From the IMG/VR virus record IMGVR_UViG_3300030103_005758: DNA of 20,000 bases; one strand, written 5' to 3'. This DNA is from an uncultured virus (IMG/VR IMGVR_UViG_3300030103_005758) (Duplodnaviria; Heunggongvirae; Uroviricota; Caudoviricetes). The position numbers and the translations under genes are program-made. Positions 8,846 through 16,628 of this stretch are shown here, piece by piece. The notes beneath the pieces are model-generated. The model was not told the DNA's origin. It ran no database searches and worked only from the letters and a program-made list of their open reading frames with translations. The first letter of the stretch is position 1; each line of letters starts with the position of its first letter.

Positions 8846-9561
8846 AAAAAAGTCATATAGTAAGTAATATACAAAAATATTTTTTAGGTGGTTTATCTAA
8901 AGGAGTTATTTGGAAAATACAAAATAACCAAGCAGTTATTGAATTTACTACAGAAACAAAAGATACTGTAGGAAAATTATTTTTTAATATAGATCTAGAT
9001 GAGTGTGAAATTGGTATAAATAATACTGATGCTTTATTACGTTTACTAAGTATAACAGATGAAGAGTTACAATTAGAATTAGATACCAAAGAAACAGGAT
9101 TACCTACTAAATTAAGAATTCAAGATAAAAAATATGATTTAGATTATAATTTAAGTGATCCTAAGATTATTGAAAAAGTACCTAATGTACAAGAAATAGA
9201 TTATGATTTTACTTTTAAACTAAATGATGAATTTATTAGTAGCTTTTTAAAAGCACACAATGCATTAGAAAAAACAAATGAATTCACTTTAAATACAGCT
9301 ACTACTCCACAAGGGGAAAATGTTGTAGAACTAGTAATAGGAGAGAGAGAAAGACACGCTAATAAGATTAAATTCACTGAACCTGCTGAATTTGAAACAG
9401 CAAGTGATTTATTACCATTTTCAGCAATTGTAATTAGAGAAATACTTTCAGCTAATAAGGGTAGTGAAGGTTCGGCATCTGTAAGTAATAAAGGATTATT
9501 AAAAATTTCATTTAATACAGATGAAAGTTTAGTAGAATATTTTGTTGTAAGACAGCAATGA
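8842..9561 (+). CDS. Sliding clamp (T4 gp45/PCNA-like processivity factor)
   Basis: About 239 aa, acidic, alternating beta/alpha pattern ending in GLLKISF...VEYFV; sits in the PolB/clamp-loader neighbourhood. Start at the ATGA overlap (8842) with GGAG upstream. Confidence 0.7.
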   Translation: MKKSHIVSNIQKYFLGGLSKGVIWKIQNNQAVIEFTTETKDTVGKLFFNIDLDECEIGINNTDALLRLLSITDEELQLELDTKETGLPTKLRIQDKKYDLDYNLSDPKIIEKVPNVQEIDYDFTFKLNDEFISSFLKAHNALEKTNEFTLNTATTPQGENVVELVIGERERHANKIKFTEPAEFETASDLLPFSAIVIREILSANKGSEGSASVSNKGLLKISFNTDESLVEYFVVRQQ

Positions 9562-10115
9562 TAGAAAAACGTATAAAAGTTTATGATAATTTATTTTCTA
9601 GTCAATTAGAAGATATTATTGAAAAATTATGTTTAACTCAACTTCCTTATTATTATACCCCTAATATTGCTACTGAACAACACACTATATTATCTCCTGG
9701 TTTTTCCCATTTTTTTATTAATTCCTTATCAAAACCCCATTCTGAAAAATATACTCCCTTTTTTAATAATATATTATATACTTTATCAAATAAATTATCT
9801 ATTGTAGTAGAACAAATAATAGCAGGTAGAGTATTCATGCATTTACCTTCTCCTAATCCCGGAGCTGATACTATTCATACAGATTTAGACACTCCTCATT
9901 GGGTAGCACTTTATTATATCAATGATAGTGATGGTGATACTATATTTTTTGATAATAATGAAAATGAAATTAAAAGGGTATCTCCTAAAAAAGGTAGAAT
10001 TGCTTTTTTTGATGGCTCCATCCCACATTGTAGTTCTAGACCTTCTAAAAGTACACGAGTTATAGTTAATTTTGATTTTAATGGTACATTTTTTGGAGAG
10101 GAAAAAAAGAATTAG
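9558..10115 (+). CDS. 2OG-Fe(II) oxygenase (phage type)
   Basis: IHTD (HxD), LYYINDSDGDTIFF, PKKGRIAFFDGSIPH, RVIVNF. Confidence 0.85.
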   Translation: MIEKRIKVYDNLFSSQLEDIIEKLCLTQLPYYYTPNIATEQHTILSPGFSHFFINSLSKPHSEKYTPFFNNILYTLSNKLSIVVEQIIAGRVFMHLPSPNPGADTIHTDLDTPHWVALYYINDSDGDTIFFDNNENEIKRVSPKKGRIAFFDGSIPHCSSRPSKSTRVIVNFDFNGTFFGEEKKN

Positions 10116-10123
10116 TATATTTA
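10092..10123 (+). promoter_or_regulatory. Bacteroidota-type promoter for hsp20 (TTTG-N20-TATATTTA)
   Basis: TTTG at 10092-10095 and TATATTTA at 10116-10123, close to the -33 TTTG / -7 TAnnTTTG consensus. Confidence 0.65.
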
Positions 10124-10129
10124 TGATAA

Positions 10130-10191
10130 ATAACTGAGACTCTAGGGCGAGCAGTTATAGTTTTATGTTTAACCGAGTAGCTAAGGCACTC
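10130..10191 (+). promoter_or_regulatory. Structured 5' leader of hsp20 with two hairpins
   Basis: ATAACTG-aga-CTC[TAGGGC]GAG-CAGTTAT (10130-10158) and GAGT-a-GC[TAAG]GC-ACTC (10175-10191); GC-rich against an AT-rich background. Confidence 0.65.
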
Positions 10192-10205
10192 ACAAATTTA
10201 ATGAT

Positions 10206-10619
10206 ATGAATACATTTATTTATGAACGTACACCGTTCGACATTTTAATTAGAAATTTTTTCCAAGACGCAAGCACATATTCTCCGCTTGCAGAAACCAA
10301 AGTTCCACATCCAGTAGATATTTACACTTCAGATAAAGGATTATCCTTTGATATCGCTTGTACGGGAATTAGTAAAAAAGATATTGAATTAAACATTCAA
10401 GACAATCTTTTAAAAATCAATTATAATAAACCAGAAGAAGATAAAGATGATAAAGACTATATCCATAGGGGTATTGCTAAAAGATCATTTAATCTAGGAT
10501 GGAAAATTGATAATAAATTTGATTTATCTAAAGCTACAGCTAGCTATAATGATGGGTTATTATCAATTATTATACCATTCTCAAAGGGATCAGAATTAAA
10601 AACTCTGCAAATTAAGTAA
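10206..10619 (+). CDS. Small heat-shock protein, Hsp20/alpha-crystallin family (IbpA-like)
   Basis: PVDIY, IACTGISKKDI, YIHRGIAKRSF, ASYNDGLLSIIIP. Confidence 0.92.
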   Translation: MNTFIYERTPFDILIRNFFQDASTYSPLAETKVPHPVDIYTSDKGLSFDIACTGISKKDIELNIQDNLLKINYNKPEEDKDDKDYIHRGIAKRSFNLGWKIDNKFDLSKATASYNDGLLSIIIPFSKGSELKTLQIK

Positions 10620-10622
10620 AAA

Positions 10623-10647
10623 AAGTTCGCCCTAGAGCTTGGTTTTT
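10623..10647 (+). terminator. Terminator-like hairpin after hsp20; its loop is complementary to the 5' leader loop
   Basis: AAGTTC[GCCCTA]GAGCTT, followed by GGTTTTT and preceded by an A run. Confidence 0.5.
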
Positions 10648-10669
10648 ACGTGTATTTTTCGTATATTTA
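10639..10669 (+). promoter_or_regulatory. Bacteroidota-type promoter for the orf93-groES-groEL unit (TTG-N20-TATATTTA)
   Basis: TTG at 10639-10641 and TATATTTA at 10662-10669; same spacing as the hsp20 promoter. Confidence 0.65.
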
Positions 10670-10697
10670 CGGCAATAATCAGTTATAAAACACACAT

Positions 10698-10979
10698 ATG
10701 GCAAATCCAAATTTTAAAGGTAGACCTGTTGGATCAGGTAAAAATACATTTATAGAAGACCCATTATTAGGGGATTTTAAAATAGTAATTGATGAATACA
10801 GTTATAATGTATTTGATATTACTAAAAATAAAACTATAGGTTTTTATTCAACATTAGAACAATCAGTTTTAGCAATTGCTAGTAAACAAATGTTAGAAGA
10901 TAGAACTTATAGTTTAACAGAATTCGCTAAAGAATTTAAAGAAACACATTTAAAACTTAAAGAAGCAATTTTAAAATAA
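10698..10979 (+). CDS. Hypothetical 93-aa protein
   Basis: ORF downstream of a promoter and coupled to groES by TAATG; N-terminal KGRPVGS resembles an AT-hook-like motif. Confidence 0.7.
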   Translation: MANPNFKGRPVGSGKNTFIEDPLLGDFKIVIDEYSYNVFDITKNKTIGFYSTLEQSVLAIASKQMLEDRTYSLTEFAKEFKETHLKLKEAILK

Positions 10980-11269
10980 TGAGTAAATTAAGACCAGTTA
11001 ATGGAAACGTTATCCTTAGACCTATAGAGGAAGAGGAGCAAATGGCGGGAAATATTATTATTCCTGACATGGGTAAAGAAAGACCCGAAATGGGAGAAAT
11101 TATAGCAATTTCAAATGTTTATAATTTTAATAAAGGTGAATATGCACCTTCAACATTAGAAGTTGGAATGAAAGTCTTAATCCCAAAAATGGGTGCACAG
11201 GCTATAACCATTGAAGGAGAAGAATATTATATAACAGCACAAAATTCAGTGCTATCAATCGTAGAATAA
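10979..11269 (+). CDS. groES: Co-chaperonin GroES (Cpn10)
   Basis: LRPVNGNVIL, GNIIIPD mobile loop, KERPEMGEIIA, VGMKVL, IEGEEYYI; directly upstream of groEL. Confidence 0.92.
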   Translation: MSKLRPVNGNVILRPIEEEEQMAGNIIIPDMGKERPEMGEIIAISNVYNFNKGEYAPSTLEVGMKVLIPKMGAQAITIEGEEYYITAQNSVLSIVE

Positions 11270-12909
11270 TGACAGAAACAAGTTTCGGAACAGATTTAAA
11301 AAATAAGCTTTTAGAGGGAGTTCAAAAGTTAAATAATAGTGTAGCGTCAACATTAGGACCTGCAGGTAGAACAGTATTAATTAAAGAAGATACTGGTGAA
11401 ATTAAAGTAACTAAAGATGGTGTTACTGTAGCTAAAGCATTTAAGGAATTAGAAGATCAAACTGAATCTATAGGTGCAGAATTAGCTAAAAAAGTCTCTA
11501 CTAAATGTGCTAATGAGGTAGGAGATGGTACAACAACTTCAACAGTATTAGCTACTGCTATTTTAGAAGAGGGAATTAGACAAATTAATGATGGTTCTAA
11601 TCCTGTTAATATTAAAAAAGGTATAGATGAAGCTGTCACAACAGTAGTAAATAGACTAAAAGAAATGTCCACTGAAATTACTGAAGATACCCAAATTAAA
11701 GAAGTAGCAACTATATCAGGTAATAATGATGTTGAAATAGGTAATTTAATTTCTACTGCTTTAGATAAAGTTGGTAGAGATGGAATTGTTACTATTGAAG
11801 AATCTAAAACAGGTGAAACTTCATTAGAGATAGTTGAAGGTATGCAATTTGATAGAGGTTTTAAATCTCCTTATTTTGTCACGGATAATAATACAATGCA
11901 AGCTGTATTAGATGATCCTTATGTATTAATTTTTGATGGAAGAATTACACAAGCATCAGAATTAATTAATGTATTAAATAAAGCAAGTGGTGAATCTAAA
12001 CCTATTTTAATTGTAGCCGAAGATATTGATGGTGAGGCATTAGCAACATTAATTGTTAATAAAATGAGAGGTACTGTTAAAGCAGTAGCTGTTAAAGCAC
12101 CAGAATTTGGAGACAGAAGAACTATGGCTTTAGAAGATTTAGCTACAGTTACAGGTGGACAAGTTTTATCTAAAAATAAAGGACATAAACTTGATAAAAT
12201 GTCTCCTGTTCAATTTAATGAACTATTAGGTACAGCTAGAAAAGTAACAGTAGAAAAAGAAACTACTACTATTATAGACGGTAAAGGTGGAGAAGAAGCT
12301 ATTACTTCTAGAGCTGAAGAAATTAAAACACAACTTGATAATGCTAATTCTGCATTTGAAAAAGAAAAACTACAAGAAAGATTAGGTAAGCTAATTGGTG
12401 GTGTAGCAATTATTAATGTTGGTGGCAATTCAGAAATTGAAATTAGAGAAAAAAAAGATAGAGTAGAGGACGCATTATTTGCTACTAAAGCTGCTTTAGA
12501 TGAAGGTATTATAATAGGTGGAGGTACTGCTTTATTATATGCTGCAAATACTATTAATGTAATTTCTGAAAACAAAGATATAGCCATTGGTAGAAGAATT
12601 GTTAAATCAGCTATACAAGAGCCATTTTTAAAGATTTTAAATAATGCTGGTCATGAAACAAATGATGTTAGATTTGCATCTTACGGATTAAGTAGTGCCG
12701 ATCCTAATTTTTGGTTAGGATTAGATTATAAAAATCTAGAAATGGTTAATTTTAAAGAATTAGGTATAATTGACCCTAAAAAAGTAACTAGAATTGCATT
12801 AGAAAATGCTGCCTCAATAGCGGGTACTATTCTTACTACTGAATCTGTTGTTTATGAAAAAAGAACAGATAAAGAAGAAGAACCTAACCCAATGATGGGA
12901 ATGATGTAA
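11269..12909 (+). CDS. groEL: Chaperonin GroEL (Cpn60)
   Basis: TLGPAGR, TKDGVTVAK, GDGTTT, EGMQFDRGFKSPYF, KAPEFGDRR, EKLQERL, GGGTAL, and a Met/Gly tail. Confidence 0.97.
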   Translation: MTETSFGTDLKNKLLEGVQKLNNSVASTLGPAGRTVLIKEDTGEIKVTKDGVTVAKAFKELEDQTESIGAELAKKVSTKCANEVGDGTTTSTVLATAILEEGIRQINDGSNPVNIKKGIDEAVTTVVNRLKEMSTEITEDTQIKEVATISGNNDVEIGNLISTALDKVGRDGIVTIEESKTGETSLEIVEGMQFDRGFKSPYFVTDNNTMQAVLDDPYVLIFDGRITQASELINVLNKASGESKPILIVAEDIDGEALATLIVNKMRGTVKAVAVKAPEFGDRRTMALEDLATVTGGQVLSKNKGHKLDKMSPVQFNELLGTARKVTVEKETTTIIDGKGGEEAITSRAEEIKTQLDNANSAFEKEKLQERLGKLIGGVAIINVGGNSEIEIREKKDRVEDALFATKAALDEGIIIGGGTALLYAANTINVISENKDIAIGRRIVKSAIQEPFLKILNNAGHETNDVRFASYGLSSADPNFWLGLDYKNLEMVNFKELGIIDPKKVTRIALENAASIAGTILTTESVVYEKRTDKEEEPNPMMGMM

Positions 12910-12927
12910 TAATATTTATCAGTAATT

Positions 12928-13839
12928 ATGAATAAATTAATTTATGTAATATCGTTTATGCTCATAGGAATGAGTGTAAGCTGTGAGAAACAAGATTGGT
13001 TCTCACCTGAAGATGTTGACGCGATAAAGGCACAACACCAAGCTCAATTAAATGAGTTAACGTTTGCTAATAACACATTAACAACTTCAGCTGCGGATCT
13101 TACTACTCAAGTAGCGACTTTAACTACCACAGTTGAAACGTTACAAGCAGAAGTAACATCTTTGACAACATCAAACACTACATTATCTACTGAGAATACA
13201 GCGTTAACAGCTACTAATACAGCTAATACAACGACTATTGCAGGTTTAAATGATGATGTAACTGCTTTGACTGCACAAGTAGATAGTTTAACAACTAATA
13301 TTGCTACTTTGGATGCACAGATTGTAACTTTAAACACTACAATAACAAACTCTGGGGCTACTAATACAGATCTAACAGCTCAAATAACAACACTAACAAC
13401 TAGTGTTACTACTTTGACTGCTCAAGTTACTACATTAGAAGCTGCGGCAGATGTTTTAGAGGCTGATATATTAGCGCTTAAAAACTTTAAATCAATTAGA
13501 GATAAATTAGATGTTATGGTTGCTGCAACTATTGCAGATACTAACCTTAATAAAGCTATTGATTCTTTATCTATTGGTTTAACTTCTACAAGCATTACCC
13601 CATCAGTATTAAAAGGATTAGTTACTACAGAAGCTAATTGGTTATTTAATAACGCAATTACAACTGGTACTGTATCTATGACAACTTCAGCTACTACTTT
13701 TTATAACACATCTACAGATACAAATGTAGTTAATTATAAAACACTAGTTACTGAATTGACAGCTGCATGGAATGCTGCTAAAGAACCTACTTTACTTTTA
13801 TGGTTTATTGAATTCGTTAAAGAATACGAAAATCTATAA
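12928..13839 (+). CDS. Lipoprotein with long Thr/Ala-rich heptad coiled coil
   Basis: Signal MNKLIYVISFMLIGMSVS-C followed by EKQD; heptads LTTQVAT/LTTTVET/LQAEVTS/LTTSNTT/LSTENTA/LTATNTA and so on. Confidence 0.75.
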   Translation: MNKLIYVISFMLIGMSVSCEKQDWFSPEDVDAIKAQHQAQLNELTFANNTLTTSAADLTTQVATLTTTVETLQAEVTSLTTSNTTLSTENTALTATNTANTTTIAGLNDDVTALTAQVDSLTTNIATLDAQIVTLNTTITNSGATNTDLTAQITTLTTSVTTLTAQVTTLEAAADVLEADILALKNFKSIRDKLDVMVAATIADTNLNKAIDSLSIGLTSTSITPSVLKGLVTTEANWLFNNAITTGTVSMTTSATTFYNTSTDTNVVNYKTLVTELTAAWNAAKEPTLLLWFIEFVKEYENL

Positions 13840-13848
13840 AAATATATT

Positions 13849-13880
13849 ATAGGGGGGCTTTGCTCCCCTATTTTATTTTA
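13849..13880 (+). terminator. Rho-independent terminator
   Basis: ATAGGGGGGC-ttt-GCTCCCCTAT stem (one G-U pair) followed by TTTATTTTA. Confidence 0.8.
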
Positions 13881-13889
13881 TTATATTAA
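13859..13889 (+). promoter_or_regulatory. Possible promoter overlapping the terminator (TTTG-N19-TATATTAA) for the clamp-loader unit
   Basis: TTTG at 13859-13862 and TATATTAA at 13882-13889, before the ATG at 13897. Confidence 0.45.
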
Positions 13890-13896
13890 TGGTTAT

Positions 13897-14817
13897 ATGA
13901 TTAAAGATCACACTTTATTTACTGAAAAATTTCGACCAACTAATCCTAAAGATTATATTGGAAACGAAGTATTTAAATCAAGTTTAAACCAATGGATAGA
14001 ACAACAAGATATTCCACATATCTTATTGTATGGTCCCGCAGGTACAGGTAAAACTACAGCAGCTAAATTAATTATAACTAACCTAGATTGTGATTCAATT
14101 TATATCAATTGTTCAGATGAAAATGGTATAGATACAATTAGAGAAAAAGTTAAATCATTTGCTTCTGCTGCAACATTCCGCGAATTAAAAGTGGTTATAA
14201 TGGATGAAGCAGATTTCTTAACGATTAACGCACAAGCAGCATTACGTAATGTTATTGAAACATATTCTAAAACAACACGTTTTGTATTTACTTGTAATTA
14301 TATTGAACGTATAATTGATCCTATACAATCTAGAACATCAGTATTTGAAGTATTACCTCCTTCTAAATTAGAAGTGGCTAAACGTTGTGCTACTATTTTA
14401 GATGCAGAAGGCTGTAACCGTGCAACTGATGATATTGTAGAAATTGTAAATAAAACTTACCCTGATATTAGAAAAACATTAAACTTATTACAATCGTGTA
14501 TAGTTTATGATGTTGCAGGAACATTTTTACAATTAAATAAAGATATTGTTAATCAAAAACAATATACAGATCAAATTATTGATTTAATTAAATTAAAAGA
14601 TGCTAAGGCATTTAATCAAATTAGACAAATTGTAGCTGATTCAAATATAAGAGACTACAATGAATTATATAGAGCCTTATTCGAAAACCTAGATTCATTC
14701 CACAACCCAGTGTTAGGTACAATTATTATTGCCGAATCACAATATCAGTCTGTTATGGCTCCTGATAAAGAAATCACTTTCATGGGATGTATCGCAAATT
14801 TATTAAAAAATGGATAG
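13897..14817 (+). CDS. Clamp loader AAA+ ATPase subunit (RFC small subunit/T4 gp44-like)
   Basis: EKFRP, Walker A GPAGTGKTT, INCSDENGID, Walker B MDEAD, AQAALR, IIDPIQSR (SRC-like), PDIRK. Confidence 0.93.
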   Translation: MIKDHTLFTEKFRPTNPKDYIGNEVFKSSLNQWIEQQDIPHILLYGPAGTGKTTAAKLIITNLDCDSIYINCSDENGIDTIREKVKSFASAATFRELKVVIMDEADFLTINAQAALRNVIETYSKTTRFVFTCNYIERIIDPIQSRTSVFEVLPPSKLEVAKRCATILDAEGCNRATDDIVEIVNKTYPDIRKTLNLLQSCIVYDVAGTFLQLNKDIVNQKQYTDQIIDLIKLKDAKAFNQIRQIVADSNIRDYNELYRALFENLDSFHNPVLGTIIIAESQYQSVMAPDKEITFMGCIANLLKNG

Positions 14818-15070
14818 TACACAACAACCACAGATGAATCTAGATTTATCTAAAACAACCCCTATTGATACACCTTCAGGTGGAAAAATATGGCACACAG
14901 GGATGGTACTTAGAAAAGTATCTAAGTTCATAACTGGAACTCAAGAAGATGCTATTGTACCAATTACAATATTTTATGATCCTGAAACTAATGAAATATT
15001 AGAAGATACTTTACCTCAAGATTTAAGAGAAGAGTATGCAGGCACAAAATATAGAAAGATGCAAGATTAA
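14810..15070 (+). CDS. Hypothetical 86-aa protein in the clamp-loader operon
   Basis: Overlap-coupled ORF between the two clamp-loader genes. Confidence 0.7.
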   Translation: MDSTQQPQMNLDLSKTTPIDTPSGGKIWHTGMVLRKVSKFITGTQEDAIVPITIFYDPETNEILEDTLPQDLREEYAGTKYRKMQD

Positions 15071-15477
15071 TGACAATATTTGATTGGCTTAATGAAATAA
15101 GTTATAATAAAAGACCATGGTCTTCATTTAATAATGAGGATCGTGAATCTTTTAATTCATATATGATCAATCGATTTATATCAATGAAAAAGGATTATAT
15201 TGATTTTGTTAATACAATTCAAAAATATCCTATTAATAAAGAAACACTTTATAATTTTTATTGTAAAATAGTACCAAAAAGAAAAACATTTTTTAGATAT
15301 ATTAAACCTAAAAAAAGTACTTTAAATTCAAATTTAATTACTATTTTAGCTAAACATTTTGAATTAAGTGAAAGAGAGATAAAGGATAATTATCAATTAA
15401 TAGGAAAAGACTTATCAAAAATTATACTTCAAAATATAGGTATAGATGATAAACAAATTAAAAAATTATTAAAATGA
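15070..15477 (+). CDS. Clamp loader small subunit (T4 gp62-like)
   Basis: DWLNEI...YMINRFISM...FVNTI...YNFY...KRKTFFRYIK resembles the gp62-like pattern of marine T4-like phages; near the gp44-like gene. Confidence 0.7.
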   Translation: MTIFDWLNEISYNKRPWSSFNNEDRESFNSYMINRFISMKKDYIDFVNTIQKYPINKETLYNFYCKIVPKRKTFFRYIKPKKSTLNSNLITILAKHFELSEREIKDNYQLIGKDLSKIILQNIGIDDKQIKKLLK

Positions 15478-15695
15478 AACAAGAACTTTACGAAATGCTA
15501 AAAGCAGAAGCTATAGCAGATAAAAATAAAGCTTTATTAAGCTTAAATCTACTTACTAATCACCCCGCTGGAATTGGAGATCATTCTACAAAAGACTATT
15601 GGGATAATGCTACAGAATCACTTAAATTATTGGCTTCAGCAGAAGAAAGATTAGAAACGTTAGAAAAATATTTCGATACTAAGGAAATTATATAG
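15474..15695 (+). CDS. Hypothetical helical phage protein (PAGIGDHS motif)
   Basis: ATGA-coupled ORF predicted as two helices around a GIGDH turn. Confidence 0.7.
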   Translation: MKQELYEMLKAEAIADKNKALLSLNLLTNHPAGIGDHSTKDYWDNATESLKLLASAEERLETLEKYFDTKEII

Positions 15696-16321
15696 TGAAA
15701 GAAATTTACAGGGATTTTATTGGTATTTATGAAAATGCTTTTTCAAAAGAATATTGTCAATATTTAATAAATCTTGGTAAAAAAAACATATCAAATGCAA
15801 AAAGTAGAGCTAAGTCTCCTGACAATTTACCTCTTTTAATTTTTGATGATTTATCTTTTAATCTATCAGAGTATATTGATCAAAATACTAAAGAACATTT
15901 TTATAATACAGTTTCAAATCTTATAAAAACTTATATAGAAAAATATAAATGTCTTGAATATATTACTAGTTCGGGATATAATATAACAGATTTCAAATAT
16001 CAAATAACTAAACCATCACAAGGATATCATACTTGGCATTGTGAATATGATGCTTCAATCCCTAAAACGAATTTAAGATGGGGTGTATGGACTTTTTATT
16101 TAAATGATGTTGAAGAAGGGGGTGAAACTGAATTTTTATATCAAAGTTATAGATTAAAACCTAAAACTGGAACTTTTAGTATATTTCCTGCATATTATAC
16201 CCACACACATAGAGGAAACCCCCCTATATCTAATACTAAACATATTATAACCGGGTGGATTGAATACCCACCAGAATTTGTTAATAAAAATGAAAAAAAT
16301 GACAGCAAAAGAAATACTTAA
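15695..16321 (+). CDS. 2OG-Fe(II) oxygenase (phage type, HxE)
   Basis: GYHTWHCE, FYLNDVEEGGETEF, FPAYYTHTHRGNPP, KHIITGW; GTG start overlaps the previous TAG. Confidence 0.88.
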   Translation: MKEIYRDFIGIYENAFSKEYCQYLINLGKKNISNAKSRAKSPDNLPLLIFDDLSFNLSEYIDQNTKEHFYNTVSNLIKTYIEKYKCLEYITSSGYNITDFKYQITKPSQGYHTWHCEYDASIPKTNLRWGVWTFYLNDVEEGGETEFLYQSYRLKPKTGTFSIFPAYYTHTHRGNPPISNTKHIITGWIEYPPEFVNKNEKNDSKRNT

Positions 16322-16628
16322 AAAAGAATATCCATTAATCTATAAAACTTACGTAGAAGTAATGGATGAGCAATTTGAATTATTTGCTAAAAAACATCTT
16401 GATTATGGAATGGGTAATGTATCAGCAGGTACACAACTCGCTAATGATGAAGAAAAAGATTTTGCTATGACTGGTTTATGGTATAGACTATCTGATAAAA
16501 TAAACAGATGGAAAAATATGATATTAACAGATAGAAAATGCCAAAACGAGACATTAATAGATACATTCCAGGATATAACCAATTATGGTATTATTTGCCA
16601 AATGGTTTCTAAGGATAAATGGAAATAA
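16290..16628 (+). CDS. DUF1599/nucleotide-modification-associated alpha-helical protein (MazG-superfamily-like)
   Basis: KKHLDYG...RLSDKINR...ETLIDTFQDITNYGII; start probably 16290 or 16299 rather than 16260. Confidence 0.7.
   Translation: MKKMTAKEILKKEYPLIYKTYVEVMDEQFELFAKKHLDYGMGNVSAGTQLANDEEKDFAMTGLWYRLSDKINRWKNMILTDRKCQNETLIDTFQDITNYGIICQMVSKDKWK

Noticed and set aside
10140..10637. DNA inversion or transposon ends flanking hsp20
   Set aside because: No recombinase or transposase is nearby, and the extended pairing relies on G-U pairs and hairpin loops, favouring an RNA-level role; not fully excluded without read data.
10979..12909. Bacterial chromosome origin suggested by groES-groEL
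   Set aside because: Context (T4-like PolB, clamp, gp44/gp62-like loader, dense single-strand gene packing) indicates a phage.
7511..13337. Six minus-strand ORFs in the track (7511-7765, 8853-9089, 9653-9838, 11457-11672, 12210-12587, 13107-13337)
   Set aside because: All are short antisense shadows fully inside well-supported plus-strand genes, with no recognisable motifs.
13060..13470. Nucleotide tandem repeat or array in the lipoprotein gene
   Set aside because: The 21-nt periodicity is degenerate and explained by the protein heptads; there are no identical repeat units or spacers.
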